NCBI GenBank assembly: GCA_005778315.1
Contig: SXOW01000513.1
Coordinates: 1-29,810, forward strand
Reading direction: 5' to 3'
DNA: 29,810 nucleotides
From: Acidobacteriota bacterium
GTDB taxonomy: Bacteria > Acidobacteriota > Vicinamibacteria > Vicinamibacterales > UBA8438
The notes under the pieces were generated by a model. It saw only the letters and a program-made list of their open reading frames with translations, did no database searches and was not told where the DNA came from. Made by a program: the position numbers and the translations under genes. Shown piece by piece: positions 24,378-29,810 of this stretch. How positions within the stretch are numbered: position 1 is the first letter of the stretch; every line of letters begins with the position of its first letter.

Positions 24378-26765
24378 TCAGTTGGCGGGATCCGCCGCCA
24401 TCCGCATCTGAAACGGCGGACTCGCCACGATGCCTTCAATCACCGAGACGAACGCGTAGTTATCCATCGCGGCGTCTCGCTTGATCTGGCGGACAACCGG
24501 TGCGTCGGTCGGCTCCAGCCCCCGTCCCAGCGCGTAGGTCAGAAGCCGGTCGGTCACGGTGGTCATGAAGTCGTCCGCGTGACTCAGCAACACGGCTCGG
24601 AGCTCGGCCGGGCCGTCGAACGTCGTGCCGTCCGGAAAGATGGCCGACGGGTCGATGGGCAGTCCAGAAGGATAGAACTCCCTCCACTCGCCGATGGCGT
24701 CAAAATTCTCCAGGGCGAAACCCAGCTGATCCATCTGGGCGTGACAGCTGGCGCACACCGGATTCGCACGATGCGCGGCCATCTGCTCGCGCATCGGCAG
24801 CACCTTGCGCGGGTCCCGGTCTTCTTCGAGATCGGGTACGTTCGGGGGGGGCGGCGGTGGTGGAGCGCCCAAGATGTTGTCCAGAATCCACTTGCCCCGG
24901 ATGACCGGCGACGTCCGATTGGCCCGCGACGTCCCGGTCAAGATCGAGCCCTGGCCCAACAACCCGCGGCGCACGCCGTCCGCTGGTAACGACACGCGCC
25001 GAAAGCGTTCTCCCCGGACGCCCGCAATCCCGTAGTGGGTAGCCAGCCGTTCGTTCAGGAACGTGTAGTCCGCGTCCAGCAGATCGAGGAGGCTGCGATT
25101 CTCGCGGATGATGCTGTCAAAGAACAGCTGAGTCTCGCGCTCGAACGCGGTGCGCAGGGCGTCGTCGAAGTGAAACAGGAGTTCAGGACTCGGCTGTAAC
25201 GACGCGACGTTGCGAGTGTGCAGCCACTGCCCGGCGAAGTTGTCCACCAGCGCCTGCGAGCGGGGATCCGCCAGCATACGACGCACCTGGCGGGCGAGTT
25301 CGTCTGGCTGGTGCAGCGTTCCCCCGACGGCGACCGTCAACAGCTCGTCATCTGGAATACTGCTCCACAGAAAAAACGACAGCCGGGATGCGAGCTCGAC
25401 ATCCGAAATGCGATACGGCGTCTGCGGCGGCACCGACGGCGGCTGGGCCTCGAAACGGAACAGGAAGCTGGGGCTCACGAGGATGCCCCGTACCGCCAAC
25501 TCGATGCCGGCCTCCAACCCGCCGGTGCGGGACCCGTCGCGATACAGCGACAACGGAATCTCGAGATCCGCATCGGTCACCGGGCGTCGATAGGCCCGCC
25601 GCGCCAGTGTGGCGATGATCGTGCGGGCGCAGGTCGCGGTGTCCTGCGGGTCGGACGTCGGCGTGCACACGAGCAGCCGGCTGCGACTGGGCGAGTCACT
25701 GACGAACGCTTTGCGAGACGGAGGGCCGGTAATCGTGACACTAGACACGGCCGGCTCGCCATTGGTGGCCCGATATGGGTCGCGGCGCAGGTCCGGGGCG
25801 AACAGGTCTTCGACGTAGGCCGAGGTCTTCGCGGCGAAGTACACCTGCACCTGGTACGACCCCGCCCGAACCGGCGCCGTGAACCGCAGGCTGTCCAGGA
25901 TGGCCTCGATGCGATCGTCGCCGCGCAGACCCTCCAACAGTGGCCCGCCGACCGTCCCGGTCCATATCCTCGCCCCGTCGAGGCTCACGTCAAGCCGGTG
26001 CGGTTCGCTGGTGATGCCCATGAACCCGCCGTCCACACCGCCCTCCTGAGGCCGCATCTCGAAGCGGTAGTCACCGTCCACCGGGAAGTAGTAGCGAAAC
26101 GCGGTGCCGCCACGCGACCCGAAGGGCAGGTCGTCGCTCAGGCGAGCCCCCTGGTCACGATCCGTCGGCACCAGAATCGTCTCCGGCGGCGGTGACCCCC
26201 GAAGGCGTCCCAGGGCCATCTGGCCAATCTTCGCGGCCGCGCCCAGGTAGCGCTCCGTCAAGGCCGAAGACAACGTCAGGGCGTCGGCGTTGTTGTCGAA
26301 ACCATACGCGGCGTTGTCGGCGGGCAGAAGCGAGACATCGACCTCCACCGCCAGCAGATCGCGCACGGCGTTCCGGTATTCGGCGCGATTCAACCGATGC
26401 AGGGTCGGCCTGCCCGGGTTGGGCCGCTCGGCGGCGGCCCGGTCAAGCGCTGTTTCCAGCCAGGTGACCACGGTGTCAGTCTCGGCGGCGTCCGGCCGCG
26501 GTCGCCCCGCGGGCGGCATGGCCCCGGTGCGCAATTTCCGCACGACGTCCTCCCACACGTCTGGACGCTCGGCCACCTGCGTCAGGTCGTGGGTGTCGAG
26601 GGCCAACCCACCGATTTGGGCACGCTCGTTGTGGCAGGCGAAGCAGTACTGCCGCAGGACCGCTCCCACCGCTGGTCCAGTGGACGGCGCGTCCTGCGCG
26701 GCGGTCGAGGGCGCCGCCACCAGCCCGAGCAGGGCCACGGACAGCACCGGCCGAAGGTTCCTCAT
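24378..26765 (-). CDS. Planctomycete-type cytochrome c / DUF1587-1595-1592-1588-1585 multidomain protein
   Basis: Signal peptide, CFACH and CASCH haem-binding motifs, LHRLNRAEYRNAVRDLL, LARRAYRRP, ELASRLSFFLWSSIPDDELL, RTSPVIRGKWIL, GFALENFDAIG. Confidence 0.92.
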   Translation of the reverse strand: MRNLRPVLSVALLGLVAAPSTAAQDAPSTGPAVGAVLRQYCFACHNERAQIGGLALDTHDLTQVAERPDVWEDVVRKLRTGAMPPAGRPRPDAAETDTVVTWLETALDRAAAERPNPGRPTLHRLNRAEYRNAVRDLLAVEVDVSLLPADNAAYGFDNNADALTLSSALTERYLGAAAKIGQMALGRLRGSPPPETILVPTDRDQGARLSDDLPFGSRGGTAFRYYFPVDGDYRFEMRPQEGGVDGGFMGITSEPHRLDVSLDGARIWTGTVGGPLLEGLRGDDRIEAILDSLRFTAPVRAGSYQVQVYFAAKTSAYVEDLFAPDLRRDPYRATNGEPAVSSVTITGPPSRKAFVSDSPSRSRLLVCTPTSDPQDTATCARTIIATLARRAYRRPVTDADLEIPLSLYRDGSRTGGLEAGIELAVRGILVSPSFLFRFEAQPPSVPPQTPYRISDVELASRLSFFLWSSIPDDELLTVAVGGTLHQPDELARQVRRMLADPRSQALVDNFAGQWLHTRNVASLQPSPELLFHFDDALRTAFERETQLFFDSIIRENRSLLDLLDADYTFLNERLATHYGIAGVRGERFRRVSLPADGVRRGLLGQGSILTGTSRANRTSPVIRGKWILDNILGAPPPPPPPNVPDLEEDRDPRKVLPMREQMAAHRANPVCASCHAQMDQLGFALENFDAIGEWREFYPSGLPIDPSAIFPDGTTFDGPAELRAVLLSHADDFMTTVTDRLLTYALGRGLEPTDAPVVRQIKRDAAMDNYAFVSVIEGIVASPPFQMRMAADPAN

Positions 26766-28348
26766 CTAGCCAGGACCTCCTCTGGAATCGCGGCCGCGCA
26801 GGGGGCCGGACACACAATCTCGGTAGCACCCAAGGCCCGCAGGAGCACCGCGGTGTGTGGATGCGCCGCGAATGAGTTGCCGTACTCCACACCGTCCGCC
26901 ACCCGTAGCGGGGTCCGTCCGTCCTTGGCCACGACGTCGAGCCGTGCACCACGGTCAAACAGATACTGCACCACGGTGTTGGCGCCCCGGTATGCCGCGG
27001 CATGCATCGCCGTCTCGCCCACGTCGCTCACCGCGTTGACATCGGCACCCTGCTCTTCGACCAGCAGCCGGACCGCCTCGAGGACTTGGGCCTCACTGGC
27101 GCGGTCCTGATTCGACGCCCAGGAGATCCCGGCCGCTGCCATCAACGTCGTCGTGTTGTCGACGGTATTGATTGTGGGGTCGGCGCCGTGTGCGAGCAGC
27201 ACCCGCATGACCTCGACATCGGCCGCCTTCGCCGCCAACATCAACGCCGTGGCGCCAGTCATGTGCCGGCGGTACCTGGCACCGGACCATCTCGGCTCCT
27301 CCTGCGTGTTCCGACCGTTGACGTCTGCGCCATGCGCCAGCAGCGCCTCGATCACGCGAATGCGGTCGAGCTGTACCACGATGAACTGATCGCTGATGTG
27401 CCAGTTGGCCACGTGCACGGCGGCCTGGAGTGGCCGGCCGAAGATATTGCCGGGTGGAACGGTCTCGGAATCTTGCTCGCTGTAGCCGATGCGTCTGAAC
27501 TCCAACGGCATCGGCTGGGCCCGCACGCCCTGCACCGTCAACCCAGTGGATCCGCCTTCGACGTTCGGGTCGGCTCCGCGGGAAAGCAGTAGATCGACGA
27601 GATCCTCGTGGCCGTTGACTACCGCAATGAGCAATGGGCTCGCACCATCGGGACGCCGCTCATTCACGTCGGCACCGGCTGCGAGCAAGGCCTGCACGGC
27701 ACCGAGGCTCCCTTTGCGCGTGGCGAACATGAGCGGTGACGTCCCGCTATTGGAGCGGGCGTGGATGTCAGCGCCGTGCGCGATCAGCGTCTCGACGACC
27801 TCAGTGTGCCCTTCGGTCGCGGCCCACATCAGCGCGGATTGCCCGTTCCATGCCTCCGTCGCATCGATGTTGGCGCCGACGGTCAACAGCACCTGTACCG
27901 CATCCACCGCGCCGGAGCGAGCCGCCAGCATGAGCGGCGTCTCGCCCGCGTTCACGGTGTGGCGTGGATCGTTTGGATCGGCGCCGGCGGTCACAAGGGG
28001 CCCAATGGTGGCGACGGTCCCGTTGCGAGACGCCAGGCCCAGCGGGGTGACGCCGTACTCGTTCGATACGTTCACGTTGGCACCGGCAGAGAGCAGCAAC
28101 GCGGCGGTCGCCGCATCGTCGAGGTACACCGCCCAGTGCAGCGCGGTCGCCCCATCGGCCTGCGTGGCGTTGACATCCACCCCTGCCTCAAGCAACGAGC
28201 GCACTGCCGCGGCGTCGCTCCGCCGGACGGCGTCGACCAGCGGCAGGTCGCTCCCGGCCACAGCCACGTGGCTACCCACGCCGCTCAGCACCACCGCGAG
28301 GAAGACGGCCCGGCCGGTGAGTCTGGACATACTGCGAACCGGTGTCAT
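26762..28348 (-). CDS. Exported ankyrin-repeat protein
   Basis: Signal peptide, then many GxT(P/A)LxxA..LLxxGADVN repeats (about 10-12) with non-ankyrin inserts; ATGA overlap with the DUF1592 gene. Confidence 0.92.
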   Translation of the reverse strand: MTPVRSMSRLTGRAVFLAVVLSGVGSHVAVAGSDLPLVDAVRRSDAAAVRSLLEAGVDVNATQADGATALHWAVYLDDAATAALLLSAGANVNVSNEYGVTPLGLASRNGTVATIGPLVTAGADPNDPRHTVNAGETPLMLAARSGAVDAVQVLLTVGANIDATEAWNGQSALMWAATEGHTEVVETLIAHGADIHARSNSGTSPLMFATRKGSLGAVQALLAAGADVNERRPDGASPLLIAVVNGHEDLVDLLLSRGADPNVEGGSTGLTVQGVRAQPMPLEFRRIGYSEQDSETVPPGNIFGRPLQAAVHVANWHISDQFIVVQLDRIRVIEALLAHGADVNGRNTQEEPRWSGARYRRHMTGATALMLAAKAADVEVMRVLLAHGADPTINTVDNTTTLMAAAGISWASNQDRASEAQVLEAVRLLVEEQGADVNAVSDVGETAMHAAAYRGANTVVQYLFDRGARLDVVAKDGRTPLRVADGVEYGNSFAAHPHTAVLLRALGATEIVCPAPCAAAIPEEVLAR

Positions 28349-28419
28349 GGCGTCTCTATGACTCCAAATCCTACTATGTCGGAGGCTCCACGGGGAGTGC
28401 GATAAACTTCGCGGGATAC

Positions 28420-29268
28420 ATGGACATCGAACCGCTCGCGCGACAACTCGCCGGCCGCCTCACCCTGGCGAGACCGTTGGTGTGCGTGGACCTGGAAGCA
28501 ACCGGCGTGTGGCCCGGACAGGACCGCATCGTCCAGATCGCCATCGCCACCATCCATCCAGACGGCCGCCTGTCCACCTGGTCATCGCTGGTGAACCCAG
28601 AGCGTCCGATGCCCCCTGATGCTCAGGCCATCCACGGCATCAGCGACGCGATGGTGGCCACGTCACCGACGTTCGCCGACTTGGCGCCGACGGTGAGCGC
28701 GCTGCTCACCGACTGTGACCTCACCGGTTACAACGTCGAACGATACGACCGGCGCCTGCTGGCGGCTGAATTTCGCCGAGCGGGATGTGCCGACCCGATG
28801 GTGGGAGCCCGCGTCCTTGACGCCTACACCCTCTTCGCGCGTCGTGAGCCGCGGAGCCTCGACGCCGCGTTGCGTTTCTACCGGGTCGAGGCCGGGAACA
28901 CGCCGCGGCAGGCGCATGATGCGAGAAGCGATGTCGAGGCCACGGTCGCGGTCCTGGCCGCGCAGTTGGAGACCTACACCGACCTGCCCCAGACCGTGGA
29001 TGCCCTCCACGCCTGGCTATATCCGATCGACCCCAACCGGATCGACGCCGACGGCAGATTGGTGTGGCGGGACGGTGTTGCCACCGTGGCGTTCGGGGCC
29101 CAGGCGGGTACGGCGCTGACCGAGTTGGCGGACAACGACCGCAGTTTCCTCGAGTGGGTCTTGCGCAAAGACTTCTCGCCTGAGGTCAAGGCGATCGTCG
29201 AGGCGGCGCTAGAGGGACGATTCCCGATCCACGGGGAGACCGAGACGACGACCGCCGGGAGTGCCTGA
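28420..29268 (+). CDS. DEDDh 3'-5' exonuclease (DnaQ/epsilon-like) with an ExoX-like C-terminal extension
   Basis: ExoI VDLEATG, ExoII GYNVERYD, ExoIII HDARSD; C-terminal FG..G..L..L..D.SFLEWVL..DF. Start ATG 28420. Confidence 0.9.
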   Translation: MDIEPLARQLAGRLTLARPLVCVDLEATGVWPGQDRIVQIAIATIHPDGRLSTWSSLVNPERPMPPDAQAIHGISDAMVATSPTFADLAPTVSALLTDCDLTGYNVERYDRRLLAAEFRRAGCADPMVGARVLDAYTLFARREPRSLDAALRFYRVEAGNTPRQAHDARSDVEATVAVLAAQLETYTDLPQTVDALHAWLYPIDPNRIDADGRLVWRDGVATVAFGAQAGTALTELADNDRSFLEWVLRKDFSPEVKAIVEAALEGRFPIHGETETTTAGSA

Positions 29269-29308
29269 CGGTCGGTGCCCCCCGCCGCAACGGGGGGCGC
29301 CAGCCGTC
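29267..29308. terminator. GC-rich hairpin between convergent genes, possible bidirectional terminator or REP-like element
   Basis: gacgg..gccccccg-ccgcaa-cggggggc..ccgtc; no U-tract on either side. Confidence 0.5.
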
Positions 29309-29340
29309 GGGGGTGGATCACGAAGGCTGAGTCAGGCGCA

Positions 29341-29685
29341 CTACGGCATCTGCATCAACGGCAGGATTTCGATCGTGCCGTCCATGACCGTCAGATGCGG
29401 GCACGTGAGCGACAACCGCTGAATCGCTTGGATGGTTTTCCCTTCGAGGATACAGTAGCCGGCCACGTAGCTGCCGCTGTTCCCCGCCCGTTTGGCCTTG
29501 ACCGCTTTCGCCTTCCCCACCAACTGGACCGCGGCGGAACTCTGGACTGGCGCGCCGTGCACCAGGGCACCCGCCTTGCCCAGCTTTTCCATGTAGGCGC
29601 CCCACTTCTTCATCAGCGCGTCATTTTCCTTGGGCGACAACTTGCTGCCGTCTCCACCGCGATACAACACCAGGAACTTCGCCAT
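29341..29685 (-). CDS. YciI-family (YCII-related) protein
   Basis: MAKFLVLY..WGAYMEKL..G.LV.GAP..VAGYCILE..CPHL..GTIEILPL; strong SD AAGGAGAG. Confidence 0.85.
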   Translation of the reverse strand: MAKFLVLYRGGDGSKLSPKENDALMKKWGAYMEKLGKAGALVHGAPVQSSAAVQLVGKAKAVKAKRAGNSGSYVAGYCILEGKTIQAIQRLSLTCPHLTVMDGTIEILPLMQMP

Positions 29686-29718
29686 GATCGCTCTCCTTAG
29701 GACATGAACCGAAAGGGG

Positions 29719-29762
29719 AGTATACCGGCATCAGGGACTGGTGTCGCGACGCCACCCCTGAT
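29719..29762 (-). promoter_or_regulatory. -10 box (TATACT, 29719-29724) for the YciI gene with an adjacent 33-bp imperfect palindrome (29730-29762)
   Basis: atcaggg-ac-tggtgt-cgcg-acgcca-c-ccctgat covers the expected -35 region. Confidence 0.5.
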
Positions 29763-29810
29763 CCCTGGGTGTATCGTCTGGCCACGCGGAGCCGGGCTTG
29801 TGCCGCGCCG

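Noticed and set aside
24844-24851. G8 tract as a phase-variation switch
   Set aside because: It encodes part of the poly-Pro segment typical of this domain and the frame is intact.

Overview
GC-rich bacterial chromosomal window. The gene repertoire suggests Acidobacteriota, probably Vicinamibacteria-like (inference). It is dominated by exported and periplasmic redox proteins. The centrepiece is a complete quinohemoprotein amine dehydrogenase (QHNDH) locus: qhpG-A-D-C-B on the minus strand and a divergent qhpF-E pair. Its gamma subunit keeps all canonical crosslink residues but has an extra Cys six residues before a conserved Asp (a possible fourth thioether), two substitutions near the cofactor, and an inserted Q/P/G linker. 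Other genes: a partial MFS exporter, a PQQ-dependent dehydrogenase flanked by a degenerate 40-bp duplication of the MFS gene start, a doubly frameshifted quinone oxidoreductase, an HI0933-family flavoprotein, a PQQ-like beta-propeller, two convergent paralogues of an unnamed secreted family, a collapsed MDR pseudogene, an Ig-domain protein, a membrane-anchored Pro-rich protein with a 36-bp tandem repeat and a duplicated fibre-type domain, an MBL-fold hydrolase, an ankyrin-DUF1592-DUF1552-DUF6265 gene string, a DEDDh exonuclease and a YciI protein. I saw no rRNA, tRNA, CRISPR array, integrase or transposase. Family calls come from motif recognition only; no database search was run.
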